A DNA stretch of 64,000 bases, from positions 172,174,001 to 172,238,000 of the forward strand of contig NC_042997.1 in assembly GCF_006345805.1 (NCBI RefSeq). Reading direction: 5' to 3'. Below, in pieces: positions 63,936-64,000 of the stretch. Within the stretch, counting starts at the first letter, position 1; each line of letters begins with the position of its first letter. A program made the position numbers and the translations under genes. The notes under the pieces are model-generated. The model did not search any database and was not told the DNA's origin. It saw only the letters and a program-made list of their open reading frames with translations. Source of the DNA: Octopus sinensis. Lineage: Eukaryota.

Positions 63936-64000
63936 CTAAAGACCATACATACATACAAGGTGTTCCAGAAAGATTTATGCATTAATATTTCTTGATTATT

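Overview
AT-rich, microsatellite-saturated eukaryotic DNA. The repeat inventory (several tRNA-headed SINE families, RTE, CR1/L2, R4/Dong and Penelope-like retroelements, Tc1/mariner, hAT MITEs, Helitrons) points to an octopus/coleoid cephalopod intron or intergenic region; the species assignment is inference. No host gene could be named. Only a few short candidate exons with good splice signals were found, and most entries in the ORF track are microsatellite artefacts. The most unusual observation is a hammerhead-ribozyme core at 59170-59231 (minus strand). All three stems and both catalytic strands can be paired, but the strand order is non-circularly permuted (III/I, then II/GAAA/III, then I/CUGAUGA/II). 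The window also holds an essentially intact pair of canonical type I hammerheads in the inverted terminal repeats of a Penelope-like element, several decayed hammerheads, a Penelope ORF with long in-frame Asn-rich expansions, several fold-back hairpins, a complete 2x3 matrix of SINE body/tail module swaps, and a minisatellite made from a SINE tRNA head. All coordinates and pairings were read by eye and need computational confirmation.
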